Notes: generated by a model from the letters alone, not told the origin. A DNA stretch of 64,000 bases from an uncultured Pelagibacteraceae bacterium (GCA_902596205.1 CACJSY010000003.1:54859-118858); one strand, 5' to 3'. Counted from the stretch's first letter, positions 1-11,155 are shown. Numbers and translations are program-made.

Positions 1-1818
1 TTTAGATGCTGCAGTGCCCTCAGGTATTTTATGGGCTTTAATCTTATAGACCAAACCTTGTGTAGAAAAGAATAAGACTGGCGTATGAGTATTAGCAGTA
101 AAAATTTGCACTACAAAATCCTCTGCCCTTGTGGATATTCCAGTTTTACCTTTACCACCTCTTTTTTGTGCTTTTAAAGAGCTTAGAGGGCTTCTTTTAA
201 TATAACCTTGGTTAGTTATACTTATAACTACTGACTCTTTTTGAATAGTTTCCTCGATATTATAATTAAGAACTGCATCAATAATCTTTGTTTTTCTAGG
301 TGAAGCAAACTTATCTTTTATTAACTCTAATTCACTAGTTATTAACTTGTATAATTCTTTCTTTGAATTAATAATTTTATTATATTTAACGATTAATATA
401 GCAAGTTTATTTATCTCATCTTCAATTTCACTTATCCCATATGCAGTGAGTTTTTGTAACCTGAGTTCTAAAATTGCTTCAACCTGTTTTAAGGAAAGAG
501 AATAATTTGTAATATTTTTTTTCTTTTCAATAAGTGAAATTAGTTTGATACTTTTTTTTACTTTCCATTTTTTTGATAATAGGTTTTTTTTTGCTGTTTC
601 TGTATCTTTAGAATTTTTTATAATTTTAACGATGTCATCAATGTTTTCTACAGCTGTAGCTAAACCAATTAATATATGTGCCCTTTCCTCTGCTTTTTTT
701 AAATCAAACTTAATTCTTTTTAAAACTGTATCTTCTCTAAACTTTAAAAATTCAGAAATAAATTCTTTCAAATTTAAAATTTTAGGTTTGTTGTTTACTA
801 TTGCTAAAGTGTTAAAACCAAATGAACTTTCAATATTCGTTAATTTGTATAATTGTCTTCGAATTGTCTCGGGCTCTACTGCTTTTCTTAATTCTATTAC
901 TACACGTATTCCCTCTCTATTAGACTCATCTCGAATATCTCTTATTCCTTCAATCTTCTTGTCTCTTACGAGTTGTGCAATCTTTTCTATTAAAATAGAT
1001 TTATTCACTTGATACGGGATAGACTTTATTATTAATGTTTCTCTTCCACCTTTTTTTTCCTCTAAATCTATTTCTCCTCTTATTTTAAAAGATCCTCTTC
1101 CTTTATTGTAACCTTGTTTAATAATATCTTTTCCAATAATAATTCCTCCTGTTGGAAAATCAGGTCCAGGAACATGCTTCATCAATTGTGCTATGGTAAT
1201 ATCTTTATTGTTAATAAATGCGATAGTAGCATCAATAATCTCACCTAAATTATGCGGAGGTATACTTGTTGCCATACCAACTGCAATCCCACCAGCTCCA
1301 TTAACAAGAATGTTAGGATATTGTGAAGGCAAAACTTCAGGTTCTTTTTCAGTCTCATCGTAATTGCTTCTATAAGTAACTGTATTTTTCTCTAAATCTT
1401 CAGTTAAAAATTGTGCAATTCTTCCAAGTTTTGTCTCGGTATATCTCATAGCTGCAGGTGGATCTCCGTCTATTGATCCAAAATTTCCTTGACCCGAAAT
1501 TAAAGGAACGCTCATTGAAAAATCTTGAACTAATCTTACTAGAGCATCATAAACAGATTGATCACCATGAGGATGGTATTTACCGATTACATCTCCCACA
1601 ATTCTTGCTGATTTCCGGAAAGGTTTAGACCAGTCATATCCACCTTTATACATTGCATATATAATTCTTCTATGCACAGGTTTTAATCCATCACGAACAT
1701 CAGGAAGAGCTCTACTAACTATTACACTCATCGCATAAGATAAGTAAGACGAGCTCATCTCATCTTGAACAAAAATAGGTTTAAAAGATTTGTTATTCTC
1801 TAGTGTATTTTTTTCCAT
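1..1818 (-). CDS. gyrA: DNA gyrase subunit A (3'-truncated by window edge)
   Basis: Not in the ORF track. Manual translation from ATG 1818 gives MEKNTLENNK...SYLSYAMSVIVSRALPDVRDGLKPVHRR, GKYHPHGDQSVYD and PAAMRYTE, with the GyrA-box QKRGGKG near the window start. Confidence 0.96.
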   Translation of the reverse strand, partial: MEKNTLENNKSFKPIFVQDEMSSSYLSYAMSVIVSRALPDVRDGLKPVHRRIIYAMYKGGYDWSKPFRKSARIVGDVIGKYHPHGDQSVYDALVRLVQDFSMSVPLISGQGNFGSIDGDPPAAMRYTETKLGRIAQFLTEDLEKNTVTYRSNYDETEKEPEVLPSQYPNILVNGAGGIAVGMATSIPPHNLGEIIDATIAFINNKDITIAQLMKHVPGPDFPTGGIIIGKDIIKQGYNKGRGSFKIRGEIDLEEKKGGRETLIIKSIPYQVNKSILIEKIAQLVRDKKIEGIRDIRDESNREGIRVVIELRKAVEPETIRRQLYKLTNIESSFGFNTLAIVNNKPKILNLKEFISEFLKFREDTVLKRIKFDLKKAEERAHILIGLATAVENIDDIVKIIKNSKDTETAKKNLLSKKWKVKKSIKLISLIEKKKNITNYSLSLKQVEAILELRLQKLTAYGISEIEDEINKLAILIVKYNKIINSKKELYKLITSELELIKDKFASPRKTKIIDAVLNYNIEETIQKESVVISITNQGYIKRSPLSSLKAQKRGGKGKTGISTRAEDFVVQIFTANTHTPVLFFSTQGLVYKIKAHKIPEGTAASK

Positions 1819-1823
1819 TAAAA

Positions 1824-2282
1824 TTAGAAAGGAATTTCATCATCTAAATCAGTGCTGTCTTGATTTAAATTTTCATTTGGCAAAGAACTTTTATTTTCGG
1901 AAACCAAGTTAGAATTGCTGTTATTTCCACGACTATCTAACATTGTTAAACTTGAGTTATATCCTTGAAGTACTATTTCGGTAGAATATTTGTCTTGACC
2001 AGTAGCCTCGTCTTTCCATTTTCTAGTGCTCAATTGACCTTCAATGTAAACATTAGCACCTTTTTTTACATACTGTTGTACAACATTTACAAGTCCCTCG
2101 TTAAAAATTACAACTCTGTGCCATTCAGTTTTTTCTTTTCTTTCTCCGCTAGATTTATCTTTCCAACTTTGGCTAGTTGCAACGCTAAGTCTAGCAACAC
2201 TTTTGCCATTAACCATTTGCTTGACTTCTGGGTCTGCGCCTAAACGACCTATTAATTGTACTTTATTTAAACTACCAGCCAT
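1824..2282 (-). CDS. ssb: Single-stranded DNA-binding protein
   Basis: [14 protein letters not shown] and TEWHRVV motifs; acidic C-terminal tail DDEIPF. Confidence 0.98.
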   Translation of the reverse strand: MAGSLNKVQLIGRLGADPEVKQMVNGKSVARLSVATSQSWKDKSSGERKEKTEWHRVVIFNEGLVNVVQQYVKKGANVYIEGQLSTRKWKDEATGQDKYSTEIVLQGYNSSLTMLDSRGNNSNSNLVSENKSSLPNENLNQDSTDLDDEIPF

Positions 2283-2285
2283 AAT

Positions 2286-2306
2286 ATTTTGAATAAATTT
2301 TGAATA
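2286..2306. promoter_or_regulatory. Candidate LexA-type direct repeat (ATTTTGAATA x2, 11-bp period) between divergent ssb and uvrA
   Basis: GAAT-N7-GAAT has the geometry of the alphaproteobacterial GAAC-N7-GAAC LexA box. It is degenerate and lies in AT-rich DNA. Confidence 0.35.
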
Positions 2307-2381
2307 TTTATTTATAAAAGTAATATTTTATATCATAATAAACTAATAAATATAAGGTGTATGTTATTTTGAGGAAAAAAA

Positions 2382-5261
2382 ATGTTGAAAAAAATCGTTG
2401 TAAAAGGCGCGAAAGAACACAACTTAAAAAATGTTTCTCTCGAAATCCCTAAAGAGAAATTAGTTGTAATAACCGGGCTTTCTGGATCAGGAAAATCATC
2501 CTTAGCATTTGACACGATATATGCTGAAGGGCAAAGAAGATATGTTGAAAGTTTATCTTCTTATGCAAGACAATTCTTGGATAAGATGAAAAAACCTAAA
2601 GTGGATATGATTGAAGGTTTAAGCCCAGCTATATCTATCGAACAAAAAAATACATCAAAAAATCCAAGATCAACAGTAGCAACAGTAACTGAAATTTATG
2701 ATTATATGCGTGTATTGTTTGCTAGAGTTGGAATTCCATATTCTCCATTTACTGGAAAACCTATCGTGTCACAGCCTATAAGCGAAATGGTTGATAAAAT
2801 AAAAAAATTACCTAAAGATAGCACAATTCATCTTCTTGCTCCGATAGTAAGAGGTAGAAAAGGTGAGTACAAAAAAGAAATCTTAAATTACAAAAAAAGA
2901 GGTTTTACTAAAATTAAAGTTAATGGAAAATATCTAAATATTGATGAATTTCCAGATTTAAATAAAAAACTTAAACACGAAATATCTATAATTGTTGACA
3001 GAGTAATTCTTAACTCTAGCCTAGGTAATAGATTAGCTGATAGTGTTGAAACTGCAGTAAATCTCTCGAATGGATTATTAGTCGTAGAATATGAAAATGA
3101 AACATTACCAAAAAAATTCAGAAAGCGTGAAACCATAACTTTTTCTTCAAAATTTTCTTGTCCTGAGAGCGGCTTCACTATTGAAGAAATTGAACCAAGA
3201 CTTTTTTCGTTTAACTCCCCTTATGGTGCTTGTGAGGAGTGTGAGGGTATAGGACACAATTTAAATATTGATCCAAATTTGGTAGTTTCTGACCCGAAAA
3301 AAACTCTTCAAGAAGGTGCTATAGAACCTTGGGCAAAATCTACTTCATTATATTATGCTCAAACATTAGCCTCAATAGCTAAACATTTTAAGATTTCAAT
3401 GACTGATCCCTGGAGAAAAATTCCGAAAAAAGTTCAAGACGTTATTTTATATGGATCAGATGAAGAAGAAATAAAGTTTTCATATGATGATGGTTATGAT
3501 TCTTACTCAACTAAAAAAACTTTTGAGGGTGTCGTTAACAATTTAGAGAGACGTTATTTAGAAACCGATAGTGAGTGGAAAAGAGAAGAAATTTCTCAAT
3601 ATCAAAGTGAAACAAATTGCGAAAAATGTAAAGGTATGAGATTAAAAGATGAAGCCTTATGTATAAAAATAGACTCATTAAATATTAGCGAAGTCACTGA
3701 AAAATCTATTGATCAAGCTCAAAAATGGTTTGAAAATTTACAAAATGTATTATCTGAAAGAGAAAATAAAATAGCTCAACATATACTAAAAGAAATTAAT
3801 GAAAGATTAAATTTTTTATTAAATGTGGGTTTAAATTATCTTACGCTCTCAAGAGAATCAGGGACACTATCAGGTGGTGAAGCACAAAGAATTAGATTGG
3901 CATCTCAAATTGGTTCTGGTCTTACAGGTGTATTGTATGTTTTAGATGAACCATCAATTGGTTTACACCAAAGAGATAATAAAAAGTTAATAAAAGCTCT
4001 TAAAAAATTAAGAGATCTTGGTAATACTGTTATTGTTGTCGAGCATGACATTGAAACAATGGAAAATTCAGATCATATTATTGATATTGGTCCGGAAGCT
4101 GGTTTGAATGGAGGTCAGATAGTAGCTCACGGTAGTGTAAAAGAAATTATTTCAAATCAAAAAAGTATAACTGGTGATTATTTATCTGGAAAAAAATATA
4201 TAGCAATTCCAAAAAAAAGAAGATCTGCGAAAAATGGAAGATTTATAGAAATTAACGGGGCAAGCGGAAATAATTTAAAAAAAGTAAACTTAAAAATACC
4301 GGTTGGAACCTTTACTTGTGTGACTGGAGTTTCTGGAAGTGGAAAATCAACTTTAATTCTCCATACATTATATAATGCTTTTAATTTAATATTGAATAAA
4401 AACAAAAGTCGTAAAGTTCCAAAAGCATTCACTGGGTTTAAAGGAACTGAATTGATTGATAAAATTATAGATATAGATCAATCTCCTATTGGAAGAACTC
4501 CAAGGTCAAATCCTGCTACATATACAGGTGCATTTGGGCCGATTAGAGAATGGTTTGCAGGATTACCAGAATCAAAAGCTAGAGGATATAAAGTCGGTAG
4601 ATATTCTTTTAACGTAAAAGGAGGAAGGTGTGAAACTTGTGAAGGTGATGGCGTAATAACTTATGAAATGCATTTTTTGCCTGATGTATTTATTCCCTGT
4701 GATACATGCAAAGGGGCAAGATATAATAGGGAAACATTAGAAATAAGATTTAAAAATAAAAATATTGCAAATGTGCTTGATATGACTGTAGATGAGGGAT
4801 GTGAATTTTTTGAAAATATTCAATCTATAAAGTCAAAATTGATCACCCTTAAACATGTTGGGCTCGGGTACATGAAAATCGGACAACAAGCTACTACTTT
4901 GTCAGGAGGTGAAGCGCAAAGAATAAAATTAGCTAAAGAATTGTCCAAAAGACCTACCGGGAGAACTTTGTATATACTTGATGAACCAACAACGGGACTA
5001 CACTCACATGATATTAAAAAATTGCTTGAAATTTTGCAGGCATTCGCAAACACAGGTAATACTGTTGTGGTAATAGAACATAATTTAGATGTAATAAAAA
5101 CAGCTGATCATATCATTGATATGGGTCCTGAAGGAGGTGTAAATGGTGGAAAAATTATTGCTGAAGGTACACCTGAAAAAGTTTCTACTGTTAAAGATAG
5201 CTATACAGGCAAGTTCATCAAAGAAATTATGGGTGATAATTCGATGAAAAAAACTGCTTAA
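2382..5261 (+). CDS. uvrA: Excinuclease ABC subunit A
   Basis: Two ABC ATPase domains ([24 protein letters not shown] x2) and zinc-finger CxxC motifs; 959 aa. Confidence 0.99.
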   Translation: MLKKIVVKGAKEHNLKNVSLEIPKEKLVVITGLSGSGKSSLAFDTIYAEGQRRYVESLSSYARQFLDKMKKPKVDMIEGLSPAISIEQKNTSKNPRSTVATVTEIYDYMRVLFARVGIPYSPFTGKPIVSQPISEMVDKIKKLPKDSTIHLLAPIVRGRKGEYKKEILNYKKRGFTKIKVNGKYLNIDEFPDLNKKLKHEISIIVDRVILNSSLGNRLADSVETAVNLSNGLLVVEYENETLPKKFRKRETITFSSKFSCPESGFTIEEIEPRLFSFNSPYGACEECEGIGHNLNIDPNLVVSDPKKTLQEGAIEPWAKSTSLYYAQTLASIAKHFKISMTDPWRKIPKKVQDVILYGSDEEEIKFSYDDGYDSYSTKKTFEGVVNNLERRYLETDSEWKREEISQYQSETNCEKCKGMRLKDEALCIKIDSLNISEVTEKSIDQAQKWFENLQNVLSERENKIAQHILKEINERLNFLLNVGLNYLTLSRESGTLSGGEAQRIRLASQIGSGLTGVLYVLDEPSIGLHQRDNKKLIKALKKLRDLGNTVIVVEHDIETMENSDHIIDIGPEAGLNGGQIVAHGSVKEIISNQKSITGDYLSGKKYIAIPKKRRSAKNGRFIEINGASGNNLKKVNLKIPVGTFTCVTGVSGSGKSTLILHTLYNAFNLILNKNKSRKVPKAFTGFKGTELIDKIIDIDQSPIGRTPRSNPATYTGAFGPIREWFAGLPESKARGYKVGRYSFNVKGGRCETCEGDGVITYEMHFLPDVFIPCDTCKGARYNRETLEIRFKNKNIANVLDMTVDEGCEFFENIQSIKSKLITLKHVGLGYMKIGQQATTLSGGEAQRIKLAKELSKRPTGRTLYILDEPTTGLHSHDIKKLLEILQAFANTGNTVVVIEHNLDVIKTADHIIDMGPEGGVNGGKIIAEGTPEKVSTVKDSYTGKFIKEIMGDNSMKKTA

Positions 5262-5288
5262 TATGTTAATCTATGATAGTATAGAATC

Positions 5289-5891
5289 ATGACTAGTATA
5301 CTTCAATCTTTGTCTAAAACCGTCCATATCTCTTTTGGATTGGCAGTATTATTATTTTTAGGATTATACTTTTTTGGCGATGGTTTTGCTTTTGATACTC
5401 TTTTTTGGAGTTGGTTATTTAGATTTATTCATGTTGTTGTAGCTATAATGTGGATAGGATTATTGTGGTATTTCAATTTCGTTCAAATTCCAAACATGCC
5501 GAAGATCCCAGATGAACAAAAACCTGCAATAGGAAAAGTTATTGCGCCTGCTGCACTGTTCTACTTTAGATGGGCGGCAGCAATTACTGTGCTCTCCGGT
5601 TTAATTTTGGCTTGGATTAACGGATACGTTCACAGTGCGATGATTTTAGGATTAGATGGTTCTGGTGGCAAAAATACTGCAATTGGAATAGGAATGTGGT
5701 TAGGATTAATTATGGCATACAATGTTTGGTTTGTAATTTGGCCCAATCAGAAAAAAGCTTTAGGTATTGTTGAGTGTAATCCTGAAGAAAAGGCTACTTC
5801 TGCTAAAACAGCAATGTTATTTTCTAGAACAAATACCCTTCTCTCTCTGCCAATGTTATTGACAATGGTGGCGGCGCAAAACCTTTATTAA
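5289..5891 (+). CDS. PuuD/COG3748-like membrane protein (urate hydroxylase N-terminal domain family), no cytochrome c domain
   Basis: FRFIHVVVAIMWIGLLWYFNF, YFRWAA, NVWFVIWPNQK and SRTNT motifs; multiple TM helices; no CxxCH. Confidence 0.7.
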   Translation: MTSILQSLSKTVHISFGLAVLLFLGLYFFGDGFAFDTLFWSWLFRFIHVVVAIMWIGLLWYFNFVQIPNMPKIPDEQKPAIGKVIAPAALFYFRWAAAITVLSGLILAWINGYVHSAMILGLDGSGGKNTAIGIGMWLGLIMAYNVWFVIWPNQKKALGIVECNPEEKATSAKTAMLFSRTNTLLSLPMLLTMVAAQNLY

Positions 5892-5892
5892 T

Positions 5893-6789
5893 TTAAGGGA
5901 CTATTTTTTCTTCTTCTTTTTCAAGAGTTTTGTAACTAACTTTTAAGAATTTTAAAATGGGAGAAGCAACGAATATTGAAGAATATGTTCCAATAAGCAC
6001 ACCCAAAATCATAGCAAAGGAAAAACCTCTTAAAATTTCACCGCCTAAAATAAATATCGAAAATAATGCAAGTAAAGTTGTGACAGATGTAATAATTGTA
6101 CGTGTAAGAGTTTCATTAATTGATAGATTGGCGATTTCACTAATACTTAATTTGTGAAATTTGCCAAGATTTTCTCTTATCCTATCGTATATTACCACTG
6201 TATCGTTCATTGAATAACCAACTATTGTTAAAACAGCTGCAATTATTGAGAGATTAATTTCTAATGAGAGTAATGAAAATATTCCTATCGTAATTATAAC
6301 GTCATGAAATAAAGCGATGATTGAACCTATACTAAACTGCCATTCAAATCTTACCCATATATAAAAAAGCATTGCCGCTAAGGATAACGATATAGCGATT
6401 ATTCCAGATTGTAAGAGTTCAGCACTTACTTTTGGTCCTACATTTTCCACCCTTCTAAAGTTGACTTCTGTATTTAGATTTTCTGATAGCTTTTGTTTTA
6501 TTTCTGGGATTAGTTTATTGTTATCACCCTTCTGCTCGACTTTGATTAAGAAATCCCCTTCTTTTCCAAATTTTTTAACATTTACATCCCCTAAATCCAT
6601 ATTCTTTAAAATATCTCTTATTGAGGAAGCTTCTATGTTGTTAGATCTTAACTCAATTAACGTCCCTCCTTTAAAATCTATTCCATAATTTAAGCCTTTA
6701 AATAATATAAATATGATGCTCAAAAGAAATAAAAATATAGAAAAAATATTTGCCTTCTTAAATTTTGATGAAAAATTATAATTAGTCAT
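5893..6789 (-). CDS. secF: Protein translocase subunit SecF
   Basis: GIDFKGG, ALFHD and GYSMNDTVVIYDRIRE motifs. Confidence 0.97.
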   Translation of the reverse strand: MTNYNFSSKFKKANIFSIFLFLLSIIFILFKGLNYGIDFKGGTLIELRSNNIEASSIRDILKNMDLGDVNVKKFGKEGDFLIKVEQKGDNNKLIPEIKQKLSENLNTEVNFRRVENVGPKVSAELLQSGIIAISLSLAAMLFYIWVRFEWQFSIGSIIALFHDVIITIGIFSLLSLEINLSIIAAVLTIVGYSMNDTVVIYDRIRENLGKFHKLSISEIANLSINETLTRTIITSVTTLLALFSIFILGGEILRGFSFAMILGVLIGTYSSIFVASPILKFLKVSYKTLEKEEEKIVP

Positions 6790-8330
6790 TAAATTTTGAC
6801 CTCATTTTTAGCATTTAAAACAACTATTGAAGTAATATGCCTCGCTAAAAAGTAAGCTGTAAAAAGAGTTGTAATAATTCCTATACCTAATGTAATTGCA
6901 AAACCTTTCACTGGACCTGAACCAAAAGCAAACAAAATGACAGCAGCAATTAAAGTGGTTATGTTTGCATCGAGTACAGTAATTTTAGCTCTTGTATATC
7001 CTGCGTCAAATGCATGAATAATTGATTTTTCGGTCCTTAGCTCTTCTCTTATTCTCTCAAAAATTAAAACATTCGCATCTACAGCCATACCAACTGTTAA
7101 GATTATTCCAGCAATACCTGGTAAGGTTAATGTTGCTTCTAAAATTGTAAGAACTCCAATCAACATAAGTAAATTGGCGATTAAAGCTGTGTTAGCTATT
7201 AATCCAAAAATTTTATACTTATATATCATAAATAAAATAACTAGGACAAAACCAACTATCAAAGAGGTTAATCCTGATTTTATTGAGTCTTCGCCTAAGT
7301 CTGGACCAACTGTTCTTTCTTCGACTACTACCAACGGAGTAGGTAAAGCTCCTGATCTAAGTAGTAAAGCTAAATCAGTCGCTTCTTGAAAAGAAAAATT
7401 ACCTGAAATCATTCCATTCCCAGATGTGATAGGTTCGTTTATATTGGGTGCACTTACAATATCACCATCTAAAACTATAGCTAACCTTTTTCCAACATTG
7501 TCTGTAGTCGCTCTGCCAAATTTTTGTGCTCCTATTCTGTCCAAAGTAAAAGAAACTGTGGGTTCATTATTTTGATTTTGAATACTTGGTTGAGCATCAA
7601 TTAAATTTTCTCCGCTCATAATTATTCTTTTGCTGATGTTAAGCTTTTCACCATTCTCAGAGATTAGCTCCTCTGTGCCGAACTCATTATTATCAGAAAC
7701 AAGTCTAAAATTTAATTTAGCGGTTTTACCTAGTAAGGCTTTAATTCTTTCGGGATCTTTTAATCCCGGTAGTTCTACAAGTATTCTTTTTTCACCTCTT
7801 TGAAGAATTGTCGGTTCTTTAGTTCCAACATCATCAATTCTACGCCTTACTATTTCAATTGATTGCTTCAAGGCTGCATTATTAATTGTTAATAAACCAA
7901 ATTTTGAAAAAGATATTTCGATTTTATTGTTATTAGATTTTTTATACTCTAATTCATATGCTCTATATTTATCTATATATGGATTTACTAAATTATCTTT
8001 TCTTAAATTAAATAGTAAATCAAATTTATCAATATTATCAATGGATAAAGTCAAATTATTATCATTAATTTTAAAATTATTATAATTAATATTATTTTCT
8101 TTAAGCAATTTTTTTAGAGGAATTACTTTAGACTGAATTTTATCTTTAACTAAACTATCTGAGTTGATTTCTAATAATAGATAAGACCCACCTTGAAGAT
8201 CTAAACCTAAATTAATTTTTTTTTTTATAAATTGATTATTTTCATTCTGAAAATTTAGAATTGAAAAAGCAGCTATAACTAAAAACAGAAGATAAATTAT
8301 TAAAACATTTATTTTAGAAAAATTTAACAC
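6789..8330 (-). CDS. secD: Protein translocase subunit SecD
   Basis: LGLDLQGG, LRSGALP and GMAVDANVLIFERIREE motifs; GTG start. Confidence 0.97.
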   Translation of the reverse strand: MLNFSKINVLIIYLLFLVIAAFSILNFQNENNQFIKKKINLGLDLQGGSYLLLEINSDSLVKDKIQSKVIPLKKLLKENNINYNNFKINDNNLTLSIDNIDKFDLLFNLRKDNLVNPYIDKYRAYELEYKKSNNNKIEISFSKFGLLTINNAALKQSIEIVRRRIDDVGTKEPTILQRGEKRILVELPGLKDPERIKALLGKTAKLNFRLVSDNNEFGTEELISENGEKLNISKRIIMSGENLIDAQPSIQNQNNEPTVSFTLDRIGAQKFGRATTDNVGKRLAIVLDGDIVSAPNINEPITSGNGMISGNFSFQEATDLALLLRSGALPTPLVVVEERTVGPDLGEDSIKSGLTSLIVGFVLVILFMIYKYKIFGLIANTALIANLLMLIGVLTILEATLTLPGIAGIILTVGMAVDANVLIFERIREELRTEKSIIHAFDAGYTRAKITVLDANITTLIAAVILFAFGSGPVKGFAITLGIGIITTLFTAYFLARHITSIVVLNAKNEVKI

Positions 8331-8339
8331 GAAAAAGAA

Positions 8340-8624
8340 TTATTTTTTAATTTCTTCTTTTTTTAATAGACTTGTAATTGTGGATCTTATTATTTGAACT
8401 TTAGTATTCTCACCAATAGTAACTTCAATTCGATCATCTTCCATAACTCTGTCAACAATACCTATAATACCACCAGATGTGATTACTTCATCACCTCTTT
8501 TTAATGACTCTACCATTGCTTTATGATCTTTAACTCTTTTTTGTTGAGGTCTTATTAAAAAAAAGTAAAAAATTACAAAAATTAATATTAATGGTATAAA
8601 TTGTGCTATTCCTTGCCCACTCAT
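8340..8624 (-). CDS. yajC: Preprotein translocase subunit YajC
   Basis: YFFLIRPQQKR and GDEVITSGGIIG motifs; directly upstream of secD. Confidence 0.97.
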   Translation of the reverse strand: MSGQGIAQFIPLILIFVIFYFFLIRPQQKRVKDHKAMVESLKRGDEVITSGGIIGIVDRVMEDDRIEVTIGENTKVQIIRSTITSLLKKEEIKK

Positions 8625-8671
8625 GATTGAACAATTATATGAAAAACTTTAGATAAACAAGTAAATTATAA

Positions 8672-9919
8672 TTAAATTTTTTCTAGATTATTCATGTATT
8701 TTTTTAATACATTAGGAACATTAATTGAACCATCTTCATTTTGATTGTTTTCTAATAAAGCTATCATTAATCTTCCTACAGCTAAACCTGACCCGTTAAG
8801 CGTCCCAACAAATTCATTTCCGTTTTCAGATTTATATTTGGCACCCATCCGTCTTGCTTGAAAAATACCGCAAGAGGAACAACTTGATATTTCTCTGTAC
8901 TTTTTTTCTGATGGTATCCATGCTTCAATATCATAGGTTTTTTCTGAGCTAAAACCCATATCCCCTGATGAAAGTAGAACCACCTGGTAAGGAATTTCGA
9001 GTTTAGCAAGAATACTCTCTGCACATCTTAACATTCGTTGTAATTCATCTGAACACTTGCTAGGTTCAACAATGCTGACCAGCTCAACTTTATAAAATTG
9101 ATGTTGTCTAATCATTCCTTTAGTGTCCTTACCATAATTACCTGCTTCTTTTCTAAAACAAGGTGTTGAAGCAACAAATCTCATAGGAAGTAGTTTTAAA
9201 TCTATTATAGACTTTCTTACTAGATTAGTAAGAACTACCTCAGCGGTGGGTATAAGAAATTTTCTTTGATCAGTATCATCAAATTTTATTTCAAACTGGT
9301 CTTCCTCAAATTTTGGAAGTTGTCCTGTGCCAAACATCACATCTTCATTTACAATCAAAGGAGGAGAAATTTCAGTGTATTCAAACTCTCTTACATGGGT
9401 ATCCAACATAAAATTTATTAACGCTCTTTCAAGTAAAGCAATTTTATCTTTTAATATTACAAATCTTGATCCTGATAATTTTATTGATGTTTCAAAATCA
9501 ATGTTATTATTTTTAGATCCAAGCTCAACATGAGATTTAACTTTAAAAGAAAACTTTTTTAGATTTCCCTCTTGTTTAATTAATATATTTGATTTTTCAT
9601 CATTTCCGACTGGCACATCATCTTGTGCTAAATTTGGAAGAGAAAAAATAATTTTATTCAATTCCTCTTGTGTCTTAGATTGTTTTTTTATCAAAGATGA
9701 AATTTCTTCAGAAATTTTTTTTGATTTAGAGAAATTAGATTTATCTTTAGACTTAGATAATATTTTTTTTTCTTGTTCTAATTTTTCTTTTTTACTTATT
9801 AATTCTCTATTAAGTGTGTCTATTTTCTTAAAATTATTTACATCAAATTGTACATTTCGATTTTGAAATTTTTTTTTTAATATGTCTAGATTTTTTCTTA
9901 AATCTTTTAAACTATGCAT
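8672..9919 (-). CDS. serS: Serine--tRNA ligase
   Basis: LIPTAEV, FRKEAG, RQHQFYKVE, EISSCS and TLNGSGLAVGR motifs. Confidence 0.98.
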   Translation of the reverse strand: MHSLKDLRKNLDILKKKFQNRNVQFDVNNFKKIDTLNRELISKKEKLEQEKKILSKSKDKSNFSKSKKISEEISSLIKKQSKTQEELNKIIFSLPNLAQDDVPVGNDEKSNILIKQEGNLKKFSFKVKSHVELGSKNNNIDFETSIKLSGSRFVILKDKIALLERALINFMLDTHVREFEYTEISPPLIVNEDVMFGTGQLPKFEEDQFEIKFDDTDQRKFLIPTAEVVLTNLVRKSIIDLKLLPMRFVASTPCFRKEAGNYGKDTKGMIRQHQFYKVELVSIVEPSKCSDELQRMLRCAESILAKLEIPYQVVLLSSGDMGFSSEKTYDIEAWIPSEKKYREISSCSSCGIFQARRMGAKYKSENGNEFVGTLNGSGLAVGRLMIALLENNQNEDGSINVPNVLKKYMNNLEKI

Positions 9920-10679
9920 CTTCTATATTCTCATTTTTATTTTTTTTTTCAGTGAATCGAACCGTTATAATAGATAATTCATAAAGTAATAATAGAGGTA
10001 TTGCTAGACCTACTTGCGTAATAGGATCAGGTGGTGTTAAAATTGCTGCTAAAGTAAAAATAATAACTATTACGTATCGTCTAGTTTTTTTTAAATATTC
10101 TGAGTTTACAACACCTATTCTTGCAAGAAGATTAAGTAATATTGGTAATTGAAAACTAATTCCAAATGCAAAAATTAATCTCATAATTAAAGACAAATAC
10201 TCATTGACTTTGGCTTCTAATTGAATTGGCAGATTTGTATTTGAGCCCATTGACTCAAACGATAAAAAAAATTTAATAGCTAATGGCATAACTAAATAAT
10301 AAACAAGCATGCCTCCAAATAAAAAAAGTAATGGAGTAGAAATCAAATAAGGTAATAAAGCCTTTTTTTCATTTTTATATAGTCCTGGTGCAATAAACTT
10401 ATAAATTTGAATTAATAAAAATGGGCTACCAATAAAAATTGCTGCAAAAAATGCAACTTTCAAATAAGTAATAAAAGTTTCGTGTAATGCAGTAAAAATC
10501 AAACGCCTAGAACCTGGATCATCTTTTACAGCCTCAGCATAAGGGCTAACCAAAAAAGAATAAATATGTTCAGCAAAAGTATATGAGATGACAAATATCA
10601 CAAAAATAAAAATTAGAGATTTTATAAGTCTAGAACGAAGCTCTACAAAGTGGCTTGTAAATGAACTATTATCACTCAT
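9912..10679 (-). CDS. tatC: Tat translocase subunit TatC
   Basis: HFVELRSRL, FIAPGLY and LTPPDPITQ motifs. Confidence 0.97.
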   Translation of the reverse strand: MSDNSSFTSHFVELRSRLIKSLIFIFVIFVISYTFAEHIYSFLVSPYAEAVKDDPGSRRLIFTALHETFITYLKVAFFAAIFIGSPFLLIQIYKFIAPGLYKNEKKALLPYLISTPLLFLFGGMLVYYLVMPLAIKFFLSFESMGSNTNLPIQLEAKVNEYLSLIMRLIFAFGISFQLPILLNLLARIGVVNSEYLKKTRRYVIVIIFTLAAILTPPDPITQVGLAIPLLLLYELSIITVRFTEKKNKNENIEDA

Positions 10680-10908
10680 CTTTTTTATTATTGTCTTTTT
10701 TTATATCTTTTTTATTTACTATATCTTTTTCGATATCAATATTCTCTGTTACTGAGTTAACTTCTCTTTGAAAGCTACTAAGGGTGTTTTTTAATTTTCC
10801 AAAGTAAGTTCCTATTTTTTTTAAAGCTACAGGAAATTCCTTTGGTCCTAAAACTAAAATTGCAATTATGACTATTGATAAAATCTCTAACCAACCTATT
10901 TGAGGCAT
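10672..10908 (-). CDS. tatB: Tat translocase subunit TatB
   Basis: IGWLE...LVLGPKEFP; lies between tatA and tatC. Confidence 0.9.
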   Translation of the reverse strand: MPQIGWLEILSIVIIAILVLGPKEFPVALKKIGTYFGKLKNTLSSFQREVNSVTENIDIEKDIVNKKDIKKDNNKKDE

Positions 10909-10914
10909 ATTAGA

Positions 10915-11115
10915 TTACTTATTTTCAGAATTAGAGTTATCTGAGTTATTATTGGAATTATCGTCACCTGAGGTATTTTCATCTGACATACCCTTTTTGA
11001 AACTTTTAATACCTTTTGCTAGATCACCCATTATACTAGAAATTTTTCCTTTACCAAAAAGGATTACTATCAAAATAGCTATTATAATTATACCTGTCCA
11101 ACCGATATTTCCCAT
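10915..11115 (-). CDS. tatA: Tat translocase subunit TatA
   Basis: TM helix, ILFG hinge, amphipathic DLAKGIKSFKKGM. Confidence 0.95.
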   Translation of the reverse strand: MGNIGWTGIIIIAILIVILFGKGKISSIMGDLAKGIKSFKKGMSDENTSGDDNSNNNSDNSNSENK

Positions 11116-11121
11116 AAGTAA

Positions 11122-11150
11122 ATTTTATACAATAATTTAGATTAAATCAA
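11122..11150 (-). promoter_or_regulatory. Sigma70-type promoter of tatA (TTGATT-N17-TAAAAT), probably leaderless
   Basis: -35 at 11150-11145 and -10 at 11127-11122, only 6 nt before the ATG at 11115; no Shine-Dalgarno sequence. Confidence 0.55.
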
Positions 11151-11155
11151 AACGT

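Noticed and set aside
545-1012. 155-aa plus-strand ORF and the many other short antisense or alternate-frame ORFs in the track
   Set aside because: They lie entirely within well-supported genes (here gyrA), have Phe/Ser/Ile-rich shadow composition and show no motifs.
1552-1575. Gln at the GyrA position equivalent to E. coli Ser83, as a quinolone-resistance mutation
   Set aside because: Non-Ser residues at this position occur naturally in alphaproteobacteria, so it is not evidence of acquired resistance.
10915-10985. Asn/Ser/Asp-rich repeats at the tatA 3' end
   Set aside because: This is an ordinary low-complexity TatA tail, not a DNA repeat element.
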